64,000 bases of DNA from positions 1,612,001 through 1,676,000 of the forward strand of contig OZ218951.1 of assembly GCA_965112735.1 (NCBI GenBank), written 5' to 3'. The stretch's first letter is position 1. Each line of letters opens with the position of its first letter. The notes under the pieces are model-generated. The model was not told where the DNA came from and made no database searches. It was given only the letters and a program-made list of their open reading frames with translations. Of this stretch, positions 13,793 to 26,489 are shown one piece after another. Made by a program: the position numbers and the translations under genes. This stretch comes from Phaeosaccion multiseriatum (Eukaryota > Protista > Ochrophyta, other classes).

Positions 13793-14749
13793 TTTTTTTT
13801 TGCTTGTTTACGCTTTTCTCTTTGCTTGAAAGGCACCCTCTATCATGCCAAGAAGGCTCTCAATGCATTTTGTGAGACATTTCCTCCCCAGCACTCTCTC
13901 CTCTCCAGGCGTTTATTCATGCGCCGGTCGCACTTCTTTGTTTCTGTAACGCCACGCCATTTGAAGTGCCAGTTCGTCATTTTTTTGAGAGGCGGGGGGG
14001 GGGTGGATGGGACACTTTTGCTCGCGAAACAACCCCGCGGACCAGCCCACATCATGACCACCACGAGGAAACTGCTCTGTCTCAGGAGCTGCCCAGGAGG
14101 ACGAGAGAAAGCGCGTGAGCTGGGGTGATTTTGATTCCCCCCCCCCCACCCCCAGCTTAGGGAGGGTGATAGGTAGGCTGCGACCACAGCAGGCAGCGAC
14201 CACAGCACCTGACAACAGTGAGATCAGACACCATCATCACTAGCCAGACTCTGCAGGTACGGCCAACATACCCTGCTGAGGACAGAGAGGTCGTGGCCCC
14301 AAGTTAGCTTCTTTTTTTTTTTGAAGTATCTTAGGTTCTTGCCTGCTCCCTCCACTCCCTCTCTCCTTCTCTCTCTCCTTCTCTCTCTCTCTCTCTTCTC
14401 TTATCTTCTCTTATCTTCTCTTCTCTTCTCTCTTTCTTCCCTGTGTCCCTCCCTCCTTCGCTGCCTCCCGGCCCTCCCTCCCTCCCCTCCCTCCTGTATG
14501 TACTGTCAAATACGTCAAGAAAGCTCCGTGTCGGCCTTTTGTTTTGTCTAGCGGGGGATGGATCGAGCAGCGAGTGAGGGGCAGCCCTAGCCCTGGCTCG
14601 AGGAGATCCCTGAGCAATGGGGGTGGAGATGCAAGAGGGAGGAGGTGCAATGATTGTACTGTGAGGGGAGGAGAGGATGGTGGCGAGGAGGAGAAGGAGG
14701 GAGGACGGGGGGCTCTCAGCCGCTGGACTCCTCGGGAACGCAGCAGCAG

Positions 14750-15418
14750 CGCTTGCTGGACTCCAGAACCAGGCATCCCCACACTCTACCTTTCTGGCGG
14801 ACCCGACCAAGTCGTTACGTACTGCGAGGTCACCACTGCAGTACGTAACAACTTGGTCACGTCCGCCAGAAAGGTAGAGTGTGGGGATGCCTGGTTCTGG
14901 AGGTGTCCTCACACTCTACCTTTCTGGCGGACCCGACCAAGTCGTTACTTACTGCGAGGTCACCACTGCAGTACGTAACAACTTGGTCGGGTCCGCCAGA
15001 AAGGTAGAGTGTGGGGATGCCTGGTTCTGGAGGTGTCCTCACACTCTACCTTTCTAGCGGACCTGACCAAATCGTGTGTGGGGATGCCTGGTTCTGGAGG
15101 TGTCCTCACACACCACCCCAGTACGTAACGACTTGGTCGGGTCCGCCAGAAAGGTAGAGTGTGGGAATGCCTGGTTCTGGAGGTGTCCTCACACTCTACC
15201 TTTCTGGTGGACCTGATCAAGTCAGAACCAGGCATCCCCACACTCTACCTTTCTGGCGGACCCGACCAAGTCGTTACGTACTGCGAGGTCACCAATCGTC
15301 GCTCCTCTTGCTGCATGGACCGCATCACCGGCGTCAGCTTCAAGATCCTCGAACCGGACGGCACTACTGAGCTCTACTCCAGCACCTTCCCCTCATCCAC
15401 ACAAGACTCATACTTTCG
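14750..15418 (+). pseudogene. F-type lectin (fucolectin / F5-8 type C)-like exon fragment interrupted by a fold-back repeat array
   Basis: Removing the 459-nt insert gives ACWTPEPGIPTLYLSGGPDQVVTYCEVTNRRSSCCMDRITGVSFKILEPDGTTELYSSTF, which resembles the V-x-NR-x(1-3)-CC-x2-R motif; ends at donor CG|gtacgt; no clear start. Confidence 0.5.
14761..15294. repeat. Array of alternating direct and inverted copies of a 65-75-bp unit (nested hairpins; 130-bp higher-order period)
   Basis: Forward copies 14761-14835, 14910-14965, 15040-15075, 15190-15223, 15223-15294; inverted copies 14838-14902, 14968-15032, 15076-15099, 15120-15182. Confidence 0.95.
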
Positions 15419-17510
15419 GTACGTTGGGGAGGGGAGAGGGAGATTGGTATTTCATGCCTTTGGGTGCCGCCCTTCCTCTTCTCCTTCACTCTATTCAACC
15501 GTCAGTCCTGTTGTCGGACGTGAAGCAATGCTGCCCCTCGCCCCCCCCCACCTTCCCTTCGTCTAGACTGCGTGTGCCCCAGACTCAATCTCAGCCCTGT
15601 GCGCCTCCTGCTCTGTAATCGGCATGCCCATGGGACGCTCAATTCCAACTTCCCGGCAACTTGCTGCTCACTCCCCTTTGTGCTTCTTGTCTCCTTTGCC
15701 GCTCCTCGCCTTTTGCCCACCTCCTTCCCCTGGACCTACCATGACTTACAGTCTCCTCCGAGAAGGCGATCTGCGAGGCGGGCGGTGGAGCCTACGTCAT
15801 CTCCTCCAACGCGTGCACCTGCACTTCTGTGAACCCTCTCATTCCACCAGTGGGTGTGCGGTTGCGGCTTTCACCAGCGCTTCTCGCCAAGTACTTGACT
15901 CGCCCCAGAGCAGTTCCCGCGCTCTTTGCCACTACAGTCAGGAGGACTGCAGCATCAGCCCTTCCTCGAGAGTCCCTCAGCGATGGGGGTGGAGATGCAA
16001 GAAGAAGGAGGTGGAAGGCGGAGGAGGAGGAGGAGACGAGAGGAGAGAAGATGAAGAGGCCGTGGACGGGCACAGGAGGGAACCGCCAGACCCGATAAGG
16101 AGCTCTCCTTCAGTGGCAGTCGGGATAGCCACCAATTCAACGTTGTTGTTTCGTTTCGGCGCTTTCTTATTCGGTGTCTCCTCAGAGCCGCTCCACCCTG
16201 AAATAAATACCCTTTAAGCTCGTTGCATTTTGGGTGGAGTTCATTTTATGTTTCAGCAGAGGGTGGAGCGGCTTCAGTTATTTATGTCCAAATGGCAAAG
16301 TGCCATTAACGCTACTCCTGCTGCTCCTACTGCTCCAAACGTGTTATCATCAACAAGTGGTAGATCAACTTTAGCCGCCGCCATGGCCCAGAGTCTCCAC
16401 ATTGCGTCAGCCATAGATACTATGTCCGCCTCAAACACACCCCTCCATCAGGTCGAACCCCGTCCAGAACCGCCAGCAGTTCCTGGAGCGAGTCCTCAAC
16501 CTCTGCCCCAAAATGTACTCAGCCGCGCCAAGGGGTCCTCCGCCGAGAGGATGAGGGCAATGCATGAAGCCTCCGGCTCCTCAGCGATCCATGCTGCTCC
16601 TGCTGCTGCCCCCGCCCTTGATAGGCTCCTTCGTTCGCAGCACGCAGTAGTAGGTCAGGACACTCAGGACACTCCATCACGATTACCTCCTCTGTGATGC
16701 TGGTGCTGGTGCTGGTGCTACTCCTGGGGCGTTGCGGCTGCTTCTTGATGCTCCATCGGTTGCAGCGGGCAGTAGCACCTCCACAAAGCAGCTCAGGAAA
16801 CTCCATCATGGTTGGCTCCTCTATACTTCTGCTGCTGCTGTACTGGTGCTGCTCCTGCCGAGGCTCTACTGCCGCTTTTCATGCTCAATCGTTCTCCCCA
16901 GCAACTCAGGAAACTAGACGAGGGCGGATGGTGGCGGTGATGCTGCAGAGGCTCTGCAACTGCTTGTGATGACCCTTTGTTAGCACCAGCAGTGACACCT
17001 ACTACAGCAGGAGGTAGCTCGGAAAGTCCCACCCTAGGGGCGGCACCATATGCTCTGGTCTGCCTGCCCACGCAAAATGCCACACACGCGGGGAGAGGAG
17101 AGAGGAGAGGGGAGACGGGAGAGAGCAGAAGAGAGTGAGTGCCAGTCGGAGGAGGCAGCCAGGAGGGAAGACGTACAGCAAAGCAAGCAAGCAGGCCTCT
17201 CTTTACAGGAGTAGTTGTGGTTGCAAAAAAAAACAGCCCGCATCCACTAGCTGCCATCCCCACCCAGGCCTTAGTGTCTCTGCCGGTGTGCTCGCGACGC
17301 CCCTCTCTGTAATGCGCGGAGCAAAGCGCTGTGTAGGTGCATGGGGCCCGAGGGCAAGCCCATTTAGCAGGAAGCAAGCAAACAAAGCAAAAGCAAAGCA
17401 AAATAGTCAGCTGAAAAATAGTGATGCTTTCCCTGCGGGTTTTGGTACGACGGTTGGTGGTACGGCATGACGTAATTTCTCGAGGACCCCGCCGCTGGCT
17501 TTTTCGAAGC

Positions 17511-18181
17511 GCACTGGGGGCCATGGGAGCACGTATACAATACCCCCACCCCGGCGTGATGTAGAGGCCACGTAGGAACAGAAACGTTGTCCTGACGTAG
17601 GGAAGGTGGTGACCACTGGCAGCACTTGGGGCCCCCACAACCCCAAGTGAGAGCACGCTGCAGGCGCGCGTACACTTGGGGGCCATAAGAGCACGTTCCT
17701 CCCCCCACCCCCCGGGCAAGATGTAGAGGCACGTACGATTAGCACTGGAACTGAAACGTTTGTCCTGACCCCCGCTCTTGGGCCGGGTGGGCGGGCACTT
17801 GGGGTACTTGGGCCCCCCAACCCCCCCGACCCCAAGCTGACAAACATGCAAGTGCAGGCGCGATAGGTCAACCACACCATGGATAGGCCCGGTCAGCGCC
17901 CTCATACCCCGCTCGCTACATGTAGATAACCAAAGACGGTAGGGGAGGTGGCACCGTGGCCGAAGATGGTAGTGGAGGTGGCACGGTGTCTGTGGTGGTA
18001 TAGTTAGTGATAAGTCGGGTAGGGCAGCTACTTTGGGCCCGGTCAGCGCCCTGATACCCCGCTCGCTTCATGTAGATGGCCAAAGACGGTAGGGGAGGTG
18101 GCACCGTGGCCGAAGATGGTAGTGGAGGTGGCACGGTGTCGGTGGTGGTGAAGTGGTAAGTCGGGTAGGGCGGCTACTCTG
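17511..18181. repeat. Two adjacent diverged tandem duplications (about 162-bp period at 17511/17673; 150-bp period at 17886/18036)
   Basis: Shared blocks gggggccat..gagcacgt..gatgtagagg..aaacgtt..gtcctgac and ggcccggtcagcgccc..ccaaagacggtaggggaggtggcaccgtggccgaagatgg. Confidence 0.85.
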
Positions 18182-18491
18182 CGACTGCGCGGAGGTGGAA
18201 AGGGGTAGGTAGAAGGTGAAGGAAGTGACGGAGGGAACAGCTGTATTCAGAGAGTGCAAAATTTGTCATATTTATACTCTAATATTCTCAGTGGCGGCAA
18301 TGAGGTTCAACCCTCCTTTAGCCGCTAAGGGAACTATGCTCTCGCCATGTCCCTGCTCTATTGTCACATCTCTCCTCTAGTTTGGTATGTTACAGGTCTA
18401 TCAAAAATAACTATAACTGGGGCTCCAAAACCCCGCTTGCGATGAAAGTAAAAAGTCCACACCCCCCCCGCTACCGACACTATTATGTTGC

Positions 18492-20643
18492 TCAGCTATG
18501 GTACCCACGCGTCTCGTCAGTCAGGTCCGCGCCGTGCGACGGCACGCCGTGAGTCATCTTGCAGACGTCCGACGCGAACCGCCCCTCACGCTCGTCAGCA
18601 ATATCTGCGCCGTGGACGAGGACCTTCTTGACTGAGGGAGGCGCGTGCTCAAGGTCGGCGACGGTGTCGATTCCCTCCTTGGCCGCCACCCACTCGTCGA
18701 TGTCATCGTCCTCGCCGTCAATGCACACAAGCTCCCATCCGGCAAAGAAGCGAGGCGCGAGGTAGATGCGCCCGGGGATGCACAGAAGGGTCATGAAGGG
18801 GAAGCCAATGGAGATAGCCTTGGTGTTCTGGACAATGAACACGCCGGCAAAGAAGACAAGCTGGAAGATGGTGTAGAGGTGGATCTGTCCGATGCGCATG
18901 TACTTGGTGTAGGGCGTCTCCTTGACCCTGCTGGTCTGCTGGAAGAACATTTGGATGCGCTTCCAAAACTGGATGTTGGGCAGAGAGCTGAGGCCCATGA
19001 AGAGGAACACGCCGTACAGCACGGGGAGGGGCAGGAGCTTGAGCAGACTCAGCGCCGCGAGGGATACTCCGACAAGCAGATGGGCCAAGAGGGCGCTCAA
19101 TCGCGTCTCCTGCACCCGGACGAAGTGGCCCTGCTCGTCCTTGTCGGCCAAGGCATTAAGATGCATGATGCAGGGTACCGTGGTGGCCACCAACCAGGGC
19201 AGGCCGAGCATCGCGTTGACGAAGTTGAAAATGCCGTTGAGCAGGAGGTCGTAGTTGTAGGCCTCTCCGTGCGCCAGCTTGTGGCTCTTGTGGTTGATAA
19301 GGTGCCATGTGATGCCATTGTCGAGGAAGCACAGCAGGAAGGCGAGGATGGCCGGGCCTGCCGCCATAATGGGCACCCAGTTCTTGCCATTCAGGTCTCC
19401 GAATCCGACGACCCAGTCGCGCGTACCTGCCGCCTCGGCCTGGCCCTCGCAATCATCAGGGAACATCATTTTGCAGTCGTCGTCGCAGCACTGGAAGCTG
19501 GGCTCGAAGTTCTCCGGCACGCTGAGCTTCTCCGTCTTGACGTCTGTGAACACGGCGGCGGCCACCACAGACCAGATCAGAACGGACACGGCCACGCTAA
19601 AGTCGTGGATGGAAGTGCGGATGCCGTCGCTGCTGAAGAAGGCGGAGTACTTGAAGCTCCGGAAGAAGAAGATCAGCCAGCATGTGCCAAGACCCAAAAT
19701 CGTGCTCAAGAGAGCGGTCGTCAGATAGGAGTACCTCTCGTTCCGGTCTTCGTGGGACTCGTGGCCAGGGGCGTAGTAGCGGAAGATACCCACGTCGGAC
19801 CAGGGGTCCCCGACGGCGTCCTTGACAAAGATGCTGACAATGAGCAGCGCAAAGATTTCGTCGGTGAAGCGGGTGGCCAGGCGGACGAAGCGAGTCATGT
19901 CCATGAACGAAGCGATACTAATGTAGATCAGCAGCCACACAGACACCCAGAGGTTGAAGGTCAGGAAGGGCACGCCTATGCTCTCGCTCATCTTGTAGAG
20001 CGCGCTCGAAACAGCAAGCACCGGACCGGTAGAGCCCATGATGCACACTGAAGAGAGCGCGAAGAGACGGGGGGGGGGGGTGGAGGAGAGCAGCAGCAGG
20101 AGTAGCAGCAGGTGGGTCAGAGAGTGTGGTGCGTGTGTGAGAGGAGTGCTTTTGCCGCGCTCCAGCCATTTGCGGCGAGAGGATCTCAAACCCCTCCCGC
20201 AGAATAAAAAACTCCGCCTCCACCCTGCCTCCACCCCGTCCCCCCGTGCGCTCTGCTATCCCCCACCCTCTCCCTGCCACGTACTCACTTGGCATGCCAC
20301 CGATCAGGGCGTAGACCACACCGACCCAGGCTGTGGCCAAGAGCGTCTCAACAGCGCCAATATTGTTCTCGGTGACCTTGCCGTACACCGCTCCGAAGGT
20401 CAGCGTGGGCGCAATGACCGTGATGAAGACCAGGATGGTGGTAGAGATGGTCTTCTGGTTAAAGTTGGTCATCTCCTTGACCCAGTGGGTCCCTACCGTC
20501 GTCTTGAACTCGCCCTTCACGCCCGTCCCCCACAGCTGGCCCTTCTCCAGGTGGATCTGGCCTGCGTTCGGGACAAGCAGCTCGTTGCCGGTCTCGTCAT
20601 GAGACTTGTCCACCTGCCTTTCCAAGCTCATTGGTGCCCTCAT
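18492..20643 (-). CDS. SLC4: SLC4-family (anion exchanger / HCO3- cotransporter) membrane protein; intron 20288-20048; start uncertain
   Basis: Motifs IAPTLTFG, GAVETLLATA, GGMP/MCIMGSTGPVL, TRFTDEIFALLI, AYNYDLL, LGLPWLVATTV, VQETRLS, LPLPVLYGVFLFMG. Confidence 0.93.
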
Positions 20644-20897
20644 TCTCTATCTCTCTTTGTGCGTGGAGTAAGAAAGATAGTGGGGTGAAGGATAAGGGAT
20701 GATGCGGCCTAAAAAGAGCGGGCCACTCTTTTCGACGCAACGTACGCGATTTCGATTTCATTGGCTTCCACGCACGCCACCGAACTGAAACTATACGTAG
20801 GGTGTTGAACAAACAAACAAACAGCCCGCCGCCGCCCTCCCGACATTCACGATAATATTCACAACCGTTCTTCCATTCTCGCCCTTTCTACGGAGAG

Positions 20898-22729
20898 ATG
20901 AGGAGACCAGGGGCCAAAAAGGAGAGGCTGGTGGATGTGCAGAAGCGCATCGTGACACACACACTCGACAAAAATAGGCCCGGTATCGTGGACGAGGAAG
21001 ATGCCCTCCTCGTCGAGCGCCTCACTGTACCCGTGCTCGTGGGCTCGCTCGTACTCTCCTGGAACTGTATGATGATGTTCATAGTGGAGGTCATCATCGA
21101 GCTGTTGCTGGTGGCGGGGGTCATACCCTACATTCCCTTCCGGTGGGTGCCACTGGCCCAACTTTCCCTCCTCGCCATTTCTAGACTGCTGCTGTTGCTC
21201 GCATGAGGGCGGTGGTGGCGGGTGCGGGTGGCGGGCGCGGGTGGGTCGTGTATCTGTAGTGTTCATCTATGTGCCTTGCTGTTATTTTATTCCTATTATT
21301 ATTTTTTATCCCCGCTGCGCTGTCATGGTGATTCATTCGGCCGTCCCGCTGTACAACTCAACGCCTGCCAACTCACACGCCGCCGTACGTACGCCGACAC
21401 CCCCATCCTTTCTCAGGATGGACTTCTTCAGCCTCACCGCGCTGTCCGCTCTGCTGGCGTACCAGACGCTCAAGGGCATCCGCAAGTCTGAGGTGGGTCA
21501 GGTCGGGCGCGGGAGTGTTGCGAAGAAGGTGTTGGCGATATTGCCCGTGCTGCTGCGCAGGGGGGGAGAGGAGACACAGTGGGTATTGCTGCCAGGGCGA
21601 GAGTACTGGTGTCTGACGTGGCGTCTCTCCGCCTCGAGACAGGCCTAGCCTACTACGCATTGCTTATTATTCTTCGGCACAGTATTTTTTTTGTTCGTTC
21701 GGACGCACGCGCCCGAGGCTGCTCCCTCCCTCCCTCCACTTCGAGAGGCCGGCCGAGTCGGCAAGCGGGCCCCGGTACCCGACCCACGTGCTCATCGTCC
21801 TCGTTTTCCTCCTCCTCCTCCTCCTCCTCCTCCTCCTCCTCCTCCTCCTCCTCCTCCTCCTCCTCCTCCTCCTCCTCTTGTCTTTTGCTGTGTGTGCCGT
21901 GTCCCCCGACTCCCCCCCCCGCCAGTTGGATGTGACCCAGAACGCTCTTGTGGTGGGACAGGCGGTGGAAATCTTTCTGATCATAGGAGACTCCGTCTTC
22001 ATCGACCAGTACGGCTCCAAATACCCGGCGGTGAAGCCCATCCGGGTCCCCTTCATGATCCTCACACTCATCAACGTCTTCATCATCTGCTTCATCTATC
22101 ACGCGGTCCATCGCAAAGGCCCCAAGCCCTCTGTCGGCGGCAACCCAAGCAGCCCGCCTCCCAGTCCCATGTTCAGCCCCGTCACGCCGCTGCCGTTCAG
22201 CACCAACACCCCCACTGTCAATGTCGATGGTGTGGCTAGCAAAGGTCCCGGCGGCGACGTCGAGCCGGCCCGCCGGCCGCCCCGGTCCCAAGCGGGGATT
22301 CAGCGTGCGCGAAAGACGAACCACCCCTTCACGGCCAGGAGGAGAATCTCGGCGTACGGCGTCATGTTCGAGAGCCCGCAGAGGACAATCGACATTTTGA
22401 CCGGAAGGGGTGTGGAGAAAGGCACTGTCGGGATTCACTCAGTGGGGGGAACCCACAGGAGGGCGCCGCAGCGCAAGAAGGACGCAGCGGCGGCAGCAGC
22501 GGCAGCGGCAGCGGCAGCGGCATCGGCACCAGTAGCATCAGCAGCAGCCATAGTAGCAGCAGAAGAAGGAGCAGCACCAGGAGGAGCGACGCCAGCAGCA
22601 CTCGCCGAGGCCACACAAGCAGGAGCAGGACCAGCCAGAGTTGAAGTAGGGCCTCCCCCCCAGCCGGTGGTTTGGGTCGCTGATGGCAATGAAGACAACG
22701 AGGTCCTGTCCTCGAGGACTTACCATTGA
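20898..22729 (+). CDS. Hypothetical membrane protein (3 exons: 20898-21142, 21417-21492, 21926-22729)
   Basis: Phase-consistent GT-AG joins link hydrophobic segments (VPVLVGSLVLSWNCMMMFIVEV; MDFFSLTALSALLAY; VPFMILTLINVFIICFIY). Confidence 0.6.
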
Positions 22730-23827
22730 TGGCCCATGGCGACTTGCACCTACCATTGATGGCCCACGGCGACTTGCGAACAGTGAGTGACTGCGAGTTT
22801 TGTCGCTATGCATCAGGGAAGGGGACAGGGGGAGAGGGGAAATTGAATGCCCTATGGGAATCGACCTATCGTATGAATTACCAATACGAGCGGGGCAATT
22901 GTAGACAAACGCAAACGTGTGAATTTCGTAGGAGACGAATGAACGGGTGGCTACTTTCGGTAGTAGATAAGGGAGGGTATTACGTGTACTTAGCATCAGC
23001 AGCCTATTGGGTATGGGCGGAGAGGCCAAGGGGGGCGAGCGGGTGCGGGGCGGGTGCGGAGCGTTTCCTTCTCTTCCCCCCTTTGTGAATGTCTTTGCTA
23101 TACATATATATAGATAGATAGATAGATGGGGGAATATAACACACATCGGACGCGCATGCTCAGACCTCCAGCCGGAGGCAAGGTCAACCGATTGTGGGGC
23201 GAGGGGGGATGCGGGCGAAAACGGGTGCGGGGCATTTACGAGGGCGGACAATTGGGGCTCCAAAAATGTGAAAAATTGTTGCTATATTTTGTATAGGGGA
23301 ATATCATCTGGACGTACAGGCGCACACGCGAGCGCGCGTTACCTCCAGCCTTGAGGCAAGATCAAAGACAATGGAAAAACAGGAGAGTGGGTGCGGGGGA
23401 AAATAAGCAAATATTCAGAGCGGGTGTCCTGGTGACCCGCAGATGCGAGCAACGACAATGGGCAACAACGCCAAGCCACTAGGTGTAAACATATAAACAA
23501 TAGACATCTGCTTCCTACTGCAATTCGTTCATCGTCTTCATGGACAAAGAGGACGACGGAACGATGTACGTGAGTGGGCAGTTTCGGTTTCAGTTGCGTC
23601 GCCCTTGAGCGAACCCTCAGCCAAAACACCGGGACGCCCCGGTTGATGGCAAATGCATCTGAGCTCGACTCCTTGTCCGCATGCTTAGTTGGATTTGTTG
23701 GCTTTGACGATCGATGACGAAGGACAAAAACAGGAGACGCGAGTGAGGCGAGGAACACATTATTATGTCACGGAAATTTCGGTTACGCTGCTCCGTCCTA
23801 AATCCTCTCTTTTGTCATTTCTTTCTT

Positions 23828-23861
<34 letters not shown>

Positions 23862-24005
23862 CAATCTTTCCTTCCTTCGTACTCTTTCCTCCCCTTTGTC
23901 CTCATTCTGCTCCTGCCTCCACACCAACACCACGCCTCCTCAGTGAGCACTGCTCCACGGCTCGAGTGGGCCTTCTCACGGAGAGGAGGCCTCCACGCTT
24001 GCAGT

Positions 24006-26489
24006 ATGATGCTCATAGACTCGACCATGTTCTTGGCCGCGATCTTCGGAGGTCTGGCGTTGGGCTTGTGCGTGGGGGTGTTCTGCATGAGATTCAAGCC
24101 TAAAGAAGTGGCGATGTGGCGGCAAAGCCCCGGGATCCCTGATGCATCATCGACTTCATCACGCGTTGGTACATCAGAAGCGGATCAAGAGGAGCAGGAG
24201 CAGGAGCAGAAAGAGCAGCGGCGACGAAAGGACCTTAGCTGGGACAGTAGCGAGGGTGTGGGAATGGAATCTTGTTCGACGGCCAGGAGCAGCAGTGCTT
24301 CCATAAAGCGCAGTGACAGCAGAAAGAGGTCACGCGCCGGCGAATCAATGCTGCAGGCGCTTGCCACTCGACGTGCGAGCCAAAGAACCATGGTACCTGT
24401 ACCCCGAGGAAGCGGAGGCCATACATGGTGAGAGCAGCATAAGAGCACCTTTCACTGCCCCATTGGGGAGGGGGTGTCGAGGAGGGTCGGGTCGCACCAC
24501 GGACTCACAATTCGTGTTGAAACACTCTTCTGCTCTGCGATGTCATCTTCTATGGAGACAGACCGACACAAGAGGACAGGTGTCGTCACACCCCACACCA
24601 CACCCACACCCTGTTGCCCCATGCCCCGCACCCCACCGCTCTGCACTACTCAGCTCCCTGTTGGTTGGCCTCTCGCCGCATTGAACCCAAATACGTGTAT
24701 CTATCTGGACGTACCGCAGGGAATCGGCGGTGCCTTTCCGCTCAGGGGGAGAGCAACACGAGCACGAGCGCGGACACGTCAGAGGCGCAGGTAGCCGTGG
24801 CAGTAGCAGCAGCTCTGGCTTCGGCTTTGGAGGCGGCCACAGCAAAGACTCCATTCACCTTGTGGACGAGGAGAAGGCTTCATCAGTCATCACCGCCGAT
24901 AACGATGCGTTGACGCCGCTGTCGAGCAAGAGCGGGCAGGGGTCTGTGATGCAGGCCTTCTTTGGCGTTCTGGCCGCGGGCCACACATGCCGGTGAGTGA
25001 GTGGGGGAGTCAGTGAGAAAGTAAGTGAATCAGTGAGGAGGGAGTAAAGATAGGAAGGAAGGAAGGAAGGAAGGAAGGAAGGAAGGAAGGAAGGAAGGAA
25101 GGAAGGAAGGAAGGAAGGAAGGAAGGAAGGAAGGAAGGAAGGAAGGAAGGAAGGAAGGAAGGAAGGAAGGAAGGAAGGAAGGAAGGAAGGAAGGAAGGAA
25201 GGAAGGAAGGAAGGAAGGAAGGAAGGAAGGAAGGAAGGAAGGAAGGAAGGAAGGAAGGAAGGAAGGAAGGACGGTCTTCGAGCGACCATCGATGCTGGCG
25301 TGCTCTGCTCAGTCTCACTCTCTCATCTCCCGCAAGCATGACCACCCGGCGACCGCCCTTCGTCATGACCCTTCTCCTGCTGACTCACGCCCTTGTGTGT
25401 ATGCATGACTGTGATGCAAAAGGCTTCATCGAGAGAAACGCACACCGCAGGTTATTGAAATAAAGCTTATTCACGAAAAGCCGCAGGACAGAGCACTGGT
25501 GAGTGTCAGGGGTGAGAGGGACGGAAAGTGCGAAGGAACGAATTGGAGCACGTGGGAGCCCCACGCTCCCCTTCCATACTCTACCCCACCCCACCCCACC
25601 CTTGCTCCACCCACTCACTCTGTCAATCTTTGATGTTGGACTTACCCACTAGCACGCCTCCATCTCTCCCAATCCCTCTTCATGTGGGCCTTCGCTTGTT
25701 TCGCTTCGCCTCACATAGGTTTGGATGGCCCCGAAGAAAAAGGGTGCGAAAAAGTCGCAACACTCCTTTAAGCTCATGCATCTTGGAGAGGTGAGAGCGA
25801 TTGAGCAACCTTCGGAGCCAAGGCGATCTCCTAAGGGGGGGAGGGCTCATAGGCTTGGAGGGGGAGCGAGCGGGGTAGACAACGAACAAGGGAACGGGGT
25901 GAAGGGGGAGGAAGGCTTAGGGCAAGCACAGCTACTGCCTTAGGGGAACAGAGAAGGAAGCGGAAGAGCCTATTTCCATCCCCCCCCCACCTCCTCCCTG
26001 GTCTGTACTGTGCACTACAGCGATATGATGGCTTGGCTCACTTGCAACAACCACTCTTTGTGATGCTTGGCGTCGCTGCCACAGGTTGGGGTGGGAACCC
26101 AGGGGCCCAATTGGTCGACGTCAGCGGACCCCGGCAGGTGCCTCTCGCTCATCGGACAAGAGGGCCTGGAGGGGGGCTCGCAGCCGCAGCGGGTGAGTGG
26201 GGAAGAACATTCAGTTCTTCGTTTGAGTAGCTGTTTGAGTACCTTCGTTGATCCCGATCAAAAATCGATCCCATCGATATCGACATGGTGCCGCCACCAA
26301 GAACTTCTGCAAAACGTCTCCGAGCCTCCGTCCTTTCCACTAACTTAACGAACGGCATGCCTTCATTCACCACTCATCACTCAGGTCGACCTCGAGTTCG
26401 ACACTGAGATCGAGCGGGACGGGCTCGCAGAGGGCTTCGCCATTGTGCTCAAGGCCTACAGAATTTTCTTGGAGCGGCGGACGCCCTAG
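24006..26489 (+). CDS. N-terminal TM anchor, low-complexity linker and C-terminal PH-like domain
   Basis: Short exons splice to FFGVLAAGHTCR/LHREKRTPQVIEIKL...AL/VWMAPKKK...FKLMHLGE/VGVGT...DPGRCLSLIG...QR/VDLEFDTEIERDGLAEGFAIVLKAY, a PH-fold-like pattern. Confidence 0.65.
25052..25271. repeat. (GGAA)n intronic microsatellite, about 55 units
   Basis: Directly visible. Confidence 0.97.

Noticed and set aside
14761-15294. CRISPR-like array
   Set aside because: No unique spacers; copies alternate in orientation and derive from local coding sequence; eukaryotic context with no cas genes.
16230-16970. Ala/Pro-rich ORFs
   Set aside because: Low complexity, broken frames and no recognisable motif; possibly decayed sequence.
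18645-20051. 468-aa + strand ORF
   Set aside because: Antisense shadow of the SLC4 exon.
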